Assembly (NCBI GenBank): GCA_018812245.1
Contig: JAHJDW010000032.1
Location: forward strand, 1,095 to 65,094
DNA: 64,000 bases
Direction: 5' to 3'
DNA from: Bacteroidota bacterium
Lineage (GTDB): Bacteria; Bacteroidota; Bacteroidia; Bacteroidales; JAHJDW01
Below the pieces are notes generated by a model. That model was given only the letters and a program-made list of their open reading frames with translations. It made no database searches and was not told the origin of the DNA. Within the stretch, counting starts at the first letter, position 1. Every line of letters starts with the position of its first letter. Made by a program: the position numbers and the translations under genes. Shown here piece by piece: positions 24,857 to 34,964 of the stretch.

Positions 24857-27103
24857 TTGGCTGAAACTTTTGAAATAAAAATCACCGGACTGGTACAAGG
24901 CGTAGGATTTCGCCCTTTCGTGTATCGGATTGCCACGCAAAACGGGCTGATGGGTTGGGTCAACAACCGCAGCGACGGCGTGGTAGTTCGTGTGAATACC
25001 GACAAAGATGGCGTGGAACGTTTCATCAGTCAGATTCGAGGTGAAGCGCCTCCGGCTTCTGAAATTAATCATACAGAGTACGTTCAGATTGATAATGAAT
25101 TATTTACAGAATTTTCAATTATTAAAAGTGAAGCCATTTCGGGAGAAATTACCGAGGTTAGTCCTGATATTGCACTTTGTGTTGATTGCCTGAACGACAT
25201 GAAACATCAGAAACATCGCATCAGATATCCCTTTGTCAACTGCACCAATTGCGGTCCGCGCTTTACTATTATTCGTGACCTCCCCTACGACCGGCCAAAA
25301 ACAACGATGAGCAGTTTCGAAATGTGTGATACGTGCAATAAAGAATACACCGATATTCTCGACCGCCGTTTTCATGCACAGCCTGTGGCATGCAACACTT
25401 GTGGCCCGCAACTGATGCTGCTTCCGGAGTCAGAGTTGAGATCAACCGATGAAATTGTCAGTTATGTAGCTGCCCGGATTGATGATGGAGAAATTGCGGC
25501 AATAAAAGGTATGGGCGGATTTTTCGTAGCCTGTGATGCCGAAAACCAAAGTGCAGTGGTTCGCCTTCGTGCCGGAAAGCAGCGTGAATCAAAACCTTTT
25601 GCGTTGATGTTTCGTGATACCGAAACCCTGAAACACTACGCCAGAGTTTCGCCAAGCGAAGAAGCACTGTTGCAGTCGTGGCGCCGGCCTGTCGTGTTGC
25701 TCGAAAAAATCAAAGAACCCGCTCCTGCTGCCTTAAACGGCTTGAAATACATCGGCGCCATGCTGCCCTATATGCCAATTCACTACCTGCTTTTCGAAAA
25801 GTTGAAATGCAGTGTATTGGTAATGACTTCCGGGAACATCAGCGACGAACCCATTGTGATTGATGATAAAACGGCGCTCAGCACGCTGAAACCTGTTGCA
25901 TATCTGGTTTTGGGATACAATCGCGAGATTCATAACCGAGTTGACGATTCAGTAGCGTTTTGCATCGGCGAAACTGTGCATCTGATGCGGCGTTCACGAG
26001 GGTACACGCCCTCCCCGGTGCGACTGCCAATGAGAACTGAAGGTATTTTTGCTGCCGGAGCGGAATTGGTGAATTGCTTTGCCATCGGTAAAGGCAATCA
26101 AGCCATTATGAGTCAGCATATTGGTGATCTGAAAAATGCGGAAACGCTTGATTTTTATACTGAATCCGCTGGCAGATACTTGCGCCTTTTCCAGTGCGAA
26201 CCCGAAGTGTTTGTCGCTGACCTTCACCCCGATTATCTCTCAACGCGTTTTGCCCGTGAAAGCGGAAAGCCCGTCATTTTCGTACAGCATCACCATGCCC
26301 ATATTGCATCGGTAATGGCAGCCTGCGGTATTTCCGACAAGGTGATTGGCGTTTCGTTCGATGGAACCGGTCTGGGAACCGACGGCACTATTTGGGGTGG
26401 CGAGTTTATGGTAGCCGATTTCAATGATTTTGAGCGACTATTTCACCTTGAGTACATTCCATTACCGGGTGGCGACAGCGTTACAAAGCAACCCTGGCGT
26501 ACAGCCCTTTCGTGGATTATCAAATGCTACGGGGCGCTGTGGGAAGAAAGGTTCAGTAAACTTTTTCCGGAAATACAAATTCAGGAAGCGCAAATATTGG
26601 CACAAGCTATCCACCTGAAAATCAATTCACCCGTTTCGTCGGCAGCCGGCAGGTTGTTTGATGCAGTAGCCGCCATTATCGGAGCATGTACCGAGGCATC
26701 GTTCCACGCTGAAGCGCCCATGCGTCTGGAAAATCTGGCAAGCGCTGAATGCAGCGAAATTTACCCGTTTCAGGTCAATGGAAGCGAAATAATGTGTTCA
26801 GACATTATCTCGGCAATAGTGTCTGATCGGATGAATGGAATCCCGGTAGAAGCAATTTCCACACAGTTTCATCACACGATGGCGATTATGATTCAGAATA
26901 TCTGCGAGCAGATTCGAGCCACAAACGGAATCAGCGAAGTGGCACTCACCGGAGGCGTTTTCCAGAACAGGATATTATTGCAGTCAGCAACCACCTTGCT
27001 CACCCGTTCAGGCTTTCAGGTGCTTCAGCAATCGAAAGTCCCACTCAACGATGGCGGCATCGCATTAGGGCAATTGGCGATAGCCGCAGCACGGAGAGGA
27101 TAA
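24857..27103 (+). CDS. hypF: carbamoyltransferase HypF ([NiFe]-hydrogenase maturation family)
   Basis: TTG start. Acylphosphatase-like ITGLVQGVGFRPFVYRIA. Two zinc-finger pairs (CVDCLNDM...NCTNCGPRFTII and CDTCNKEY...CNTCGP). YrdC-like IAAIKGMGGFFVACDA and a Kae1-like C-terminal half (VALTGGVFQN). Confidence 0.9.
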   Translation: MAETFEIKITGLVQGVGFRPFVYRIATQNGLMGWVNNRSDGVVVRVNTDKDGVERFISQIRGEAPPASEINHTEYVQIDNELFTEFSIIKSEAISGEITEVSPDIALCVDCLNDMKHQKHRIRYPFVNCTNCGPRFTIIRDLPYDRPKTTMSSFEMCDTCNKEYTDILDRRFHAQPVACNTCGPQLMLLPESELRSTDEIVSYVAARIDDGEIAAIKGMGGFFVACDAENQSAVVRLRAGKQRESKPFALMFRDTETLKHYARVSPSEEALLQSWRRPVVLLEKIKEPAPAALNGLKYIGAMLPYMPIHYLLFEKLKCSVLVMTSGNISDEPIVIDDKTALSTLKPVAYLVLGYNREIHNRVDDSVAFCIGETVHLMRRSRGYTPSPVRLPMRTEGIFAAGAELVNCFAIGKGNQAIMSQHIGDLKNAETLDFYTESAGRYLRLFQCEPEVFVADLHPDYLSTRFARESGKPVIFVQHHHAHIASVMAACGISDKVIGVSFDGTGLGTDGTIWGGEFMVADFNDFERLFHLEYIPLPGGDSVTKQPWRTALSWIIKCYGALWEERFSKLFPEIQIQEAQILAQAIHLKINSPVSSAAGRLFDAVAAIIGACTEASFHAEAPMRLENLASAECSEIYPFQVNGSEIMCSDIISAIVSDRMNGIPVEAISTQFHHTMAIMIQNICEQIRATNGISEVALTGGVFQNRILLQSATTLLTRSGFQVLQQSKVPLNDGGIALGQLAIAAARRG

Positions 27104-27110
27104 TATTCTA

Positions 27111-30100
27111 CTACAATTCCCAATTAACCGAAATCTCTGGCAATCCGGTCAAAAATGCATTATTGTCACCGATCACTACGGTGTGGCCTCCGTCAGTTAG
27201 CAAACTGAGCGAAAGCACCAACTGCTCAACATCAAAAGGATGAAGACCGGCTGTAGGATTATCCATCAGGTAAAGCACATGACCGCTGGTTTCTGTGCGA
27301 ATTTCACGAAGCAGATAAAGTCGCTGAAACTCCCCTCCACTCAACTCCGATGTCAACTGATTCATCTTCAAATAATCAATGCCAAGTTTGGCCGATAATT
27401 TCATGGATTTCGCAATTTTCATAATGTCGGCAAACTCAATCGCCGCTTCGCGCATTTCCATCCTGAGAATATCAGTGATGGATTTGCCTTTTCGCAACAC
27501 CTGAAGCACTTCACTTCTGTACATACGTCCTTCACACACAGGGCATTCGACCCATAAGTCTGGCAAAAAATCCATATTGAAGCGTACCTTGCCAAGTCCA
27601 CTGCATTGATTGCAACTTCCTGACTTTGAGCCAAATAAAAATTCTCTTGAGGAAAAGTCAAACTGCTGAATTTTGGCTATTGCTGCAAACTCTTCTGCAA
27701 TCAGGCTATGAATTCCGGAATACGTGCTTACAAGACTTCCCGAGGAAGCTCTGGCTGTTGAACTGTCAACAAAAACAACTTTGCTGAATTTCCCTGTATT
27801 TCCGACATATTTTCGAAGCATTCCCTTTAGCATCGCAGTTCCTGCCCTTCCCCGAACCAGATATATTGCCCCAAAATGCAAATCGCTGCGGGGTTCTTTC
27901 TGCGAATTTCCATCGGCAGGAATCAATGATTGCTTTTCAACAATCTCTTTCAACTTCCAATAATACCGCGAAGTCAGATTTTCTCTGGAAAGAATCTCTT
28001 CACGTGTACCAAAATCAACAATTTCGCCACCCGAGCTGCCAGCTCCTGGCCCTGTTTCAATGATGAAATCGGCATTGTCAACCATCAGCGGCGAATGATC
28101 GATGACCAGTACGGTGTTGCCTTTCGCTTTTATCTCGCGCAAAAAACCTGCGGTAACCGCGATTTCATCTGCCTCCAATCCCAGCGAAAGCTCATCGAAA
28201 ACACATATCATTCCCGACAAATCGGTTTTTAGCAATCGAAGCATCTGGAGTTTCCGGAACTCACCTGCCGACAAACAATCTGTAGGGCGATCCAGTGGAA
28301 GACCTCCCAAACTGATCTTCAACAACAACTTCGATATGTTTAGAATGCTGTTGTAAAGTGACGAAAAATGGCCGACGGATGAAGTATTCTGTGAGCTGAT
28401 TATCTCATGCAAATCACGGACCGGCATTGCCGAAATCTGACCAATATTTAAACCATTATATGTAAATGATAACGCATAACGGTTTAGTCTATATCCATTG
28501 CAATCACTACATTTTTGTTCTTTCATCAGTGGATTAATAATATCAGCCCGTGCATCGGCGTGCTTTCTTGCATATTCATCATTAATATATCCACTAAACC
28601 CCTTCCATACACCGCTGAACTTGTGCGTTCCTGTTCGGCCTTTCCGGTCGTAATGCCATTCCACATCGTACTTTTCTTCTCCGGTACCGAGAGTAGCAAT
28701 TTTTCTGGCATCTTCATCCAATTGATTCCACGCCACACTGAAATCAATGTTTTTCGATTTGCCAACTGCAATCAGAGTATTCACATACTGCCCGCTTGGA
28801 TCACCATAAAAACTCCCGGTTTTTGTCCCCTGCAATGCGCCATTAATCAGCGGGAACTCCGGATTTGTGATATACACATCCGGATCAGCGGAAAGTTGGT
28901 ATCCCAAACCGTCGCAATATATACAGGCTCCTTTTTCGTGATTAAACGAAAAAACAGATGAAAGCAGGGTTTCATTCTGATCGTTTCCTCTGGCAAACAA
29001 CAGCCTGAGCAAATCATAAACCTCGGTATATGTTCCAAGCGTTGATCTTTTCCCTGACCGGGTACTCCCCTGTTTCAGCGCAACGGCAGGTCGGATATTC
29101 TTAACATCCTCGTACTCCGCTTGCGATAGTTTCGGAAGCATAGAACGTACATACGTTGAAAGGTTCTCGGTAAAAATTCCGCTGCCTGCACTAAATACCG
29201 TATCATAAGCTATGGAAGATTTCCCGCTACCTGAAATTCCGGTCAGTAGAGTAATTTTGTTCTCAGGTATCGTTATGTCAATATTTCGGAGGTTGTTAGT
29301 AGAAACGCCGCGAAATGTGATATTTCGATCACCAATCAACTTTGGCGGTTGCGATTTTACTACAAAAGAGGCATCATCGGAATTGAGTTTTGACAGAAAC
29401 CGACCAATTGCTGAATGTGACAACTTCAGAAAGGCTGAAACCGGACCTTGAGCAATCAGATATCCGCTATTATTGTCACTGTCCATACCTAATTCAACAA
29501 TATGAGCCGCACCAGCCAGAAAAACCGGATGATGTTCAATAGCAATCACCGTATGTCCCAATTCCGTCAGGCGTTTCAGAATTTCCAACAGTCTGACTGC
29601 ATCATCCGCATGTAAACCTATTGTGGGATGATTGATCACAAACAGCTTCTCGCCAGCAGTTTTTCTGGCCAGCTCGGTGGCGAGCTTAATTCTTTGCGCC
29701 TCACCTCCTGAAAGTGTTGTGGAAGGCTGACCCAACGAAAGGTAGCCCAGACCGATGTCCTTTAACACCTTAAGCACAGCGGTAATCTTATTCTCGTGCG
29801 TAAAAAAGCCAAGCGCTTCTTCAACTTTCATCTCCAGCACCTCACTGATATTGTTGCCCCTATATTGTACCGTGAGGGTTTCGTCGTTAAATCTTTTTCC
29901 CTCACAACCTGGGCAAATGCTATGCATAGTTCCCAGGAAGTGCATTCCAACGCTGATCACTCCTGCACCTTCACATTTTTCGCACCTTCCGCCTTTCACA
30001 TTGAAAGAAAACCTGCTTTTCCCAAAACGTTTGGCTTTGGCGACAGGCTGACGGGCAAACAAGTCGCGGATTTCGTCAAACACTTTTGTGTATGTTGCGG

Positions 30101-31781
30101 CATTGCTGCGAGGTGTTTTTCCTATCGGATTCTGCGAAATATTAACCAATTGCATGTTTTCAACACCGCGTATTTCGTCGCAACCTACAGGAGCTTCGGC
30201 TTGAATACTCCCACACAACACTCCGCCTACCAGGCTTTTCCGACCGGAGCCACTGATTCCAGTCACCAGATTAATCGCTCTTTTGCAAAATTCCACCGAT
30301 ACTTTCCGCAGGTTTTGCAAGTCGGCATTGATAATCGAAATTTTCTCATCCCCTGGCGGTTGCAGAGGTTTGATTTCCCGAAATTTCTCACCACAAACCC
30401 ACGATCGCGTAGTAATTTTGTTTTGATGGTTGAAAAACTCGCTTGCTGGTCCGCTGAAAACCACTTCCCCGCCTTTATCGCCGGCTTCGGGACCCAATTC
30501 GATGATATAGCTTGCCCTCCCAATTATCTGCAAGTTATGCTCCACTGCAATTACGCTGTTTCCGCGGGCAACCAGATTCTCAATGATCTGAATTACGCTA
30601 CTTACCTCATCGGGATGCAGTCCGGCGCCCGGCTCATCAAGAACAAAAAGCACATTCGTGATTTTGGAATCAGCAAGATTCGCCAGTCTTAACCGCTGCA
30701 CTTCACCCCCGCTAAGCGAAGAAGTTAGCCTTGAAGGAGAAAGATAACCCAGTCCGAGCGACATGATCGCCGATGTTTTCTTCAGAATTTCGTTACTGAT
30801 TGCGGCGTCAACTTCCGAAATTTTATGAGACAAATGAGTAGTAAACAAAGAATGAATCGCTTCGAGCGACAATGCGTTCAACTCTGCGATATCTTTTCCC
30901 TTGAATGACACAGAAAGAGCAGCATCGGAGAGCCTTTTCCCGGAACATTTTCGGCAAGTAATCGTTTTGCAGAATCGCAGAATACCCGGATTTTTCTCTC
31001 TGTTGAGAATTACCTGCATCACCGGGATTATTCCTTTGTAAAAACCTTCTTCACGTGGTTTTGCGGTAATCCCTGTCCAGGTCATGCGACTTTCAAGCGT
31101 ATGCTTTCCGAACGGGATTATAATATTCTCGCTTCCGTATAACACGACGTGTTTGTCGGCTTCAGTGAGTTGGTTCCATGGAATGTCGATCGAAAAACCG
31201 TTGACCACACACACTTCATTCAGCACATCAAGTGTTACTTGCGAATACATGATGTAACCGTTTGGGGTTGTGATACTCATGCAACCTTCGCGCAGCGATT
31301 TATTGGCATCTTCGATCAACATTTCCGGATCAATATAATACTCGGTACCGATGCCTTCGCAAGCCGGACAAGCGCCCGGAGGTGCATGAAACGAAAACAG
31401 ACTGCGTGACAAGGGTACATTCTGATCGCCGGTTTTTTCGCCACAACGGGCATACAGCAACCGGAACAAATCATATATTCCGGTGTATGTGCCAAGCGTT
31501 GAGCGTGGATTGCTGACTGCTGTGTGCTGGTTGATCGTGAGAACCGGTTTCAATCCGGAAATTTCATCCACATCAGGTCGCGATAGTCGCTGCATATACT
31601 GCCTGATATGGGCGCTGTATGTTTCAAAGAACCGGCGACGGCTTTCCCGGGCAATAATGTCGTAAACCAGCGATGATTTGCCACTTCCGGAAACTCCGGT
31701 AACACAAATAAACGTATTGTGTGGCAATTCGATATCAATGTTTTTCAGATTGTTATGCCTCGCTCCTTTTATTCTGATCAT
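27111..31781 (-). CDS. giant tandem double UvrA-like ABC ATPase (1556 aa, four nucleotide-binding modules)
   Basis: Two UvrA-like halves. P-loops: GVSGSGKSS, GISGSGRKS (Lys displaced), GISGSGKSS, and none recognisable in module 4. Signatures: LSGGEVQRL, LSGGEAQRI, LSAGEFRKL, LSGGEFQRL. Walker B: LFVLDEPGAGLH, LFVINHPTIGLH, ICVFDELSLGLE, LYLMDNPTAGLH. UvrA-type CxxC zinc modules: CPAC...CRKC, CEKC...CPGC, CIYC...CSDC, CNQC...CPVC. Confidence 0.85.
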   Translation of the reverse strand: MIRIKGARHNNLKNIDIELPHNTFICVTGVSGSGKSSLVYDIIARESRRRFFETYSAHIRQYMQRLSRPDVDEISGLKPVLTINQHTAVSNPRSTLGTYTGIYDLFRLLYARCGEKTGDQNVPLSRSLFSFHAPPGACPACEGIGTEYYIDPEMLIEDANKSLREGCMSITTPNGYIMYSQVTLDVLNEVCVVNGFSIDIPWNQLTEADKHVVLYGSENIIIPFGKHTLESRMTWTGITAKPREEGFYKGIIPVMQVILNREKNPGILRFCKTITCRKCSGKRLSDAALSVSFKGKDIAELNALSLEAIHSLFTTHLSHKISEVDAAISNEILKKTSAIMSLGLGYLSPSRLTSSLSGGEVQRLRLANLADSKITNVLFVLDEPGAGLHPDEVSSVIQIIENLVARGNSVIAVEHNLQIIGRASYIIELGPEAGDKGGEVVFSGPASEFFNHQNKITTRSWVCGEKFREIKPLQPPGDEKISIINADLQNLRKVSVEFCKRAINLVTGISGSGRKSLVGGVLCGSIQAEAPVGCDEIRGVENMQLVNISQNPIGKTPRSNAATYTKVFDEIRDLFARQPVAKAKRFGKSRFSFNVKGGRCEKCEGAGVISVGMHFLGTMHSICPGCEGKRFNDETLTVQYRGNNISEVLEMKVEEALGFFTHENKITAVLKVLKDIGLGYLSLGQPSTTLSGGEAQRIKLATELARKTAGEKLFVINHPTIGLHADDAVRLLEILKRLTELGHTVIAIEHHPVFLAGAAHIVELGMDSDNNSGYLIAQGPVSAFLKLSHSAIGRFLSKLNSDDASFVVKSQPPKLIGDRNITFRGVSTNNLRNIDITIPENKITLLTGISGSGKSSIAYDTVFSAGSGIFTENLSTYVRSMLPKLSQAEYEDVKNIRPAVALKQGSTRSGKRSTLGTYTEVYDLLRLLFARGNDQNETLLSSVFSFNHEKGACIYCDGLGYQLSADPDVYITNPEFPLINGALQGTKTGSFYGDPSGQYVNTLIAVGKSKNIDFSVAWNQLDEDARKIATLGTGEEKYDVEWHYDRKGRTGTHKFSGVWKGFSGYINDEYARKHADARADIINPLMKEQKCSDCNGYRLNRYALSFTYNGLNIGQISAMPVRDLHEIISSQNTSSVGHFSSLYNSILNISKLLLKISLGGLPLDRPTDCLSAGEFRKLQMLRLLKTDLSGMICVFDELSLGLEADEIAVTAGFLREIKAKGNTVLVIDHSPLMVDNADFIIETGPGAGSSGGEIVDFGTREEILSRENLTSRYYWKLKEIVEKQSLIPADGNSQKEPRSDLHFGAIYLVRGRAGTAMLKGMLRKYVGNTGKFSKVVFVDSSTARASSGSLVSTYSGIHSLIAEEFAAIAKIQQFDFSSREFLFGSKSGSCNQCSGLGKVRFNMDFLPDLWVECPVCEGRMYRSEVLQVLRKGKSITDILRMEMREAAIEFADIMKIAKSMKLSAKLGIDYLKMNQLTSELSGGEFQRLYLLREIRTETSGHVLYLMDNPTAGLHPFDVEQLVLSLSLLTDGGHTVVIGDNNAFLTGLPEISVNWEL

Positions 31782-32047
31782 TTCTGACTTTTTCCTTTCA
31801 ACTATCGCTGCCGTAAAAGTACAAAGTTTGTTGAAACAAAGCGAAAAGTGACGATTTCAATGCCAGGTTCCTGTATTACAGCACTTTTCTAATAGATATT
31901 TTTATTTATTCCATCGGGAAAAAGCAAAGTTTTGTCAAATTTTTATTTTATTATTTTAATTATTTGATAAAAAATTCAAAAAAAACTTGACAAAGGCGTT
32001 TTTAGTATTATTTTAGTCGCAACAAAAAACAACCCGGAACTACCGAT

Positions 32048-32842
32048 ATGAAAGGAAGTATCATCCGTAAGTATTTCAGATTGCTTATTCTGCTATTTTT
32101 CTTGTCAACTACCATTATTTCAGGCACTTATGCCGGAAATTCTGTCTATGGCGGATACTACACTGACTACCAGCCCCAATATACAGTTCAGAACAATCTG
32201 ATTTCGCTCGATAAAATCGAATATTGCGATAATGCTACTGTTTTCTTTTTCAGGTTTCGTGATGAAGATGGAACCGGTGCGGTATTTTGCGGAAAAAACA
32301 AAGTAGGAAGTTGGCAATTGATTTACGGAAATGCCCAGTTGAATGCTGTCAGAATTGGTAATGTGAGAGTTAACGGAGAACTTCGCATCCACGAAGTGAA
32401 TCCGGAAAGCGAAATCAGACTTGATGCCGAAGAGGGTGACGTATTTACGTGCGAAATACAGTTTCCTGCTGTTCCTTCCACCGCTGGATTCGTTAATCTG
32501 GTGCAGGGCGGCGGCGGCGATCTGTTCAATTTTTTCTCAATAAAAATAAAGAGTGCAAACAACGAAGAACTTGGAAGCGAAGAAACTGCTCCCGCTCCCC
32601 CTGTTGCAATACGCGCTGCTCCCATCGAAGATTTTGCTGTAAGTACTGAAGTAATTGAAGATAGCGATGATGACGAAGGACAGTCATATTCCAAACAAAA
32701 CTCAATGCGATTTACCCTATATAGTTCAAAAGGAAGATTCAGGAAAATAAAAGGAATCCAAAAGAAACAAGGACGCGGGTTCGAGACTAAGAGGAAACCT
32801 GTAAAGTTCAAAGGCACCTTCCGCAAATCATTTGGGAGGTAA
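32048..32842 (+). CDS. hypothetical secreted protein with an acidic linker and a very basic C-terminal tail
   Basis: Signal-like N-terminus KYFRLLILLFFLSTTIISGTYAG. Acidic stretch EDSDDDEGQ. The tail is KGRFRKIKGIQKKQGRGFETKRKPVKFKGTFRKSFGR. Confidence 0.5.
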   Translation: MKGSIIRKYFRLLILLFFLSTTIISGTYAGNSVYGGYYTDYQPQYTVQNNLISLDKIEYCDNATVFFFRFRDEDGTGAVFCGKNKVGSWQLIYGNAQLNAVRIGNVRVNGELRIHEVNPESEIRLDAEEGDVFTCEIQFPAVPSTAGFVNLVQGGGGDLFNFFSIKIKSANNEELGSEETAPAPPVAIRAAPIEDFAVSTEVIEDSDDDEGQSYSKQNSMRFTLYSSKGRFRKIKGIQKKQGRGFETKRKPVKFKGTFRKSFGR

Positions 32843-32906
32843 TCAAGACCACTGAACAGAACTTCTGCTGACCTTCATTTTTATTTTTTTCTACTCGTAA
32901 ATGCGC

Positions 32907-32914
32907 TACTTTTG
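32907..32914 (+). promoter_or_regulatory. candidate -7 box TACTTTTG upstream of the second M16 peptidase gene
   Basis: Exact TAnnTTTG match 19 nt upstream of the ATG at 32933. The tracked TTG start at 32912 falls inside this box, which argues for the later ATG. Confidence 0.45.
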
Positions 32915-32932
32915 CCGCCTATTAATTGTGAG

Positions 32933-34165
32933 ATGGAGTTTGAACTGTTTACACTGCCCAATGGAATTCGCGTAATTCACAAGCCGGTCGAAAGCCCGGT
33001 AGCCCATCTGGGCGTAATTCTCAATGCGGGATCACGCGACGAAACTGACAAGGAATCAGGAATTGCGCATCTGATTGAACATTGCATTTTTAAGGGAACA
33101 ACCCGTCGCAAAGCCTTTCACGTGCTTTCCCGACTTGATGACGTTGGCGGCGACCTCAATGCTTTTACCACCAAGGAAGACACCTGCATCTTCGCTTCTT
33201 TCACATCTCAATACTACGAACGCGCTATTGAACTCATCAGCGATATCATTTTTAATTCATCATTTCCGGATAAAGAAATTGAGAAGGAAAAAGAAGTGGT
33301 TGTTGATGAAATCAATTCATACAAAGACAATCCTTCTGACGAGATTTTTGAAGAATTTGAGGAATTAATGTTTGCTGATCATCCATTGGGAGCACGCATT
33401 ACAGGCACTCCGGAATCAGTGAAATCCTTTTCCAGAAAACAAATTCTGAGTTTTGTAAAAAAACACTATTTCCGTCGCGATATGGTAATCAGTTCTGTTG
33501 GTACCATCAACATCAGCAAGCTGAAAGCAATGCTCACAGAGCACTTCGGGCAATTCACAATGAGTGCGGCATCAAATCATCGCATACCTTTTGCTGACTA
33601 CAAACCTTTTGAGAAAAAAGTAAAGCGGAATAATCACCAGTCGCATTGCATCATAGGAAATCTGGCGTACTCGCTTGACCACGAGCTTAAAACACCCATG
33701 TTTCTGCTTTCCAATGTACTTGGCGGTCCCGGGCTTAACACGCGACTTAACCTGAATATCAGAGAGAAATACGGTTTCTGTTACAACATCGAAGCTTCTT
33801 ATACGCCATATTCCGACGGGGGCATGTTCTCAGTTTATCTGGGCACCGACGATTCGTATCTTGATCGCAGCATCAATCTGGTTCACAAGGAATTACGCAA
33901 ACTTCGCAAGGAACGATTGGGAACACTACAGCTTCACAAAGCCAAGCAACAACTGCTCGGACAAATTGCCATTGCACAGGAAACCAACGCCAACGAAATG
34001 CTTTCGATCGGAAAGAGTCTGCTTGTTTACGACAAAGTTGACACTTTTAAAGAAATCCGCGAGCGCATTGAGGCTGTATCGGCTGAACAGATGCTCACTG
34101 TTGCCAATGAGGTTTTCGATTCTGGTCAATTGAGTACCTTTGTGTATGAATTGGCTGAAAAGTAG
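32933..34165 (+). CDS. M16-family zinc peptidase (about 410 aa, PqqL/pitrilysin-like)
   Basis: MEFELFTLPNGIRVIH, then the HxxEH motif as HLIEHCIFKGT, then the typical EKEVVVDEINSYKDNP block. Confidence 0.85.
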   Translation: MEFELFTLPNGIRVIHKPVESPVAHLGVILNAGSRDETDKESGIAHLIEHCIFKGTTRRKAFHVLSRLDDVGGDLNAFTTKEDTCIFASFTSQYYERAIELISDIIFNSSFPDKEIEKEKEVVVDEINSYKDNPSDEIFEEFEELMFADHPLGARITGTPESVKSFSRKQILSFVKKHYFRRDMVISSVGTINISKLKAMLTEHFGQFTMSAASNHRIPFADYKPFEKKVKRNNHQSHCIIGNLAYSLDHELKTPMFLLSNVLGGPGLNTRLNLNIREKYGFCYNIEASYTPYSDGGMFSVYLGTDDSYLDRSINLVHKELRKLRKERLGTLQLHKAKQQLLGQIAIAQETNANEMLSIGKSLLVYDKVDTFKEIRERIEAVSAEQMLTVANEVFDSGQLSTFVYELAEK

Positions 34166-34930
34166 TTCGGCCTTTCATGGCAATTCAATCCTTATGCCCG
34201 CTGTTATCAACAATTGCCAATAAATCGCCATAAAGCCGTGGTAAATGGTGATGAAAAATATCTAATCTTTATTATCCATATCGAAGCAACGACACAGACT
34301 CCATTTTCACCGCTGATAGCCTGTCTTCATAAAACAATTACCACAGAATCATGTTTGTGGCCATGTGGAAATTGCCAATCTTTTCATCCATAAATAATTA
34401 AGGTCTTAGAATAACCAAAGTTGCCCATCTATAGTCCAACAGCAAAGACAGATAAACAAAATACTCAATGGGAAAATACAAAAAAACAGCAATGTTTAGA
34501 GTTTAATACGTACTACAAAGACACAACACATATTATTTGAATATCTATCTCATGCTTATTGAAAAACATGACAATGATTCTGAAAAGTGGCAGAGTTATC
34601 GAATAACGAGAAATAATTATTTAGTACAACTCCATGAATACTTGATGTTCTTGGTTTCCCGGTGAAATATTCTGCGCTGAACTCACTCGATAGCATTGTA
34701 ATGAAGCTAAAGAGCCATTTTGAAAACAATCAGGAAAACAAAGCATGGCGCAAAATCATTCGATCGCTTTGCCTCACAGCAAGGCCACTCCTGCAATAAG
34801 GCGCTTGTGGTAAATAGTTGTAATTGGCTTTATGTTCCTACCAATCAAGCCAAAAAAGTGCGTTTATCGTTGTGAATATAAAATGGCGGGTTCGTTCTTG
34901 TGTGAATATAGGGGAATTGTATGCAAATAA

Positions 34931-34964
34931 AAAGAGTTACAAGTTATTAATCTTGTAACTCTTT
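34931..34964 (-). terminator. rho-independent terminator downstream of tRNA-Arg
   Basis: Minus strand reads AAAGAGTTACAAG-loop-CTTGTAACTCTTT followed by TTTATTT. It lies 10 nt past the tRNA 3' end. Confidence 0.65.

Noticed and set aside
29796-30692. Long antisense ORFs opposite well-supported genes: 29796-30692 (+), 35100-35822 (+), 37733-38416 (+), 19356-19841 (+), 49729-50271 (+), 8700-9182 (-), 44841-45347 (-), 58099-58554 (+).
   Set aside because: Each lies entirely inside a gene with strong family motifs on the other strand, and their translations are low-complexity or Cys/Arg/Ser-rich. They are shadow ORFs.
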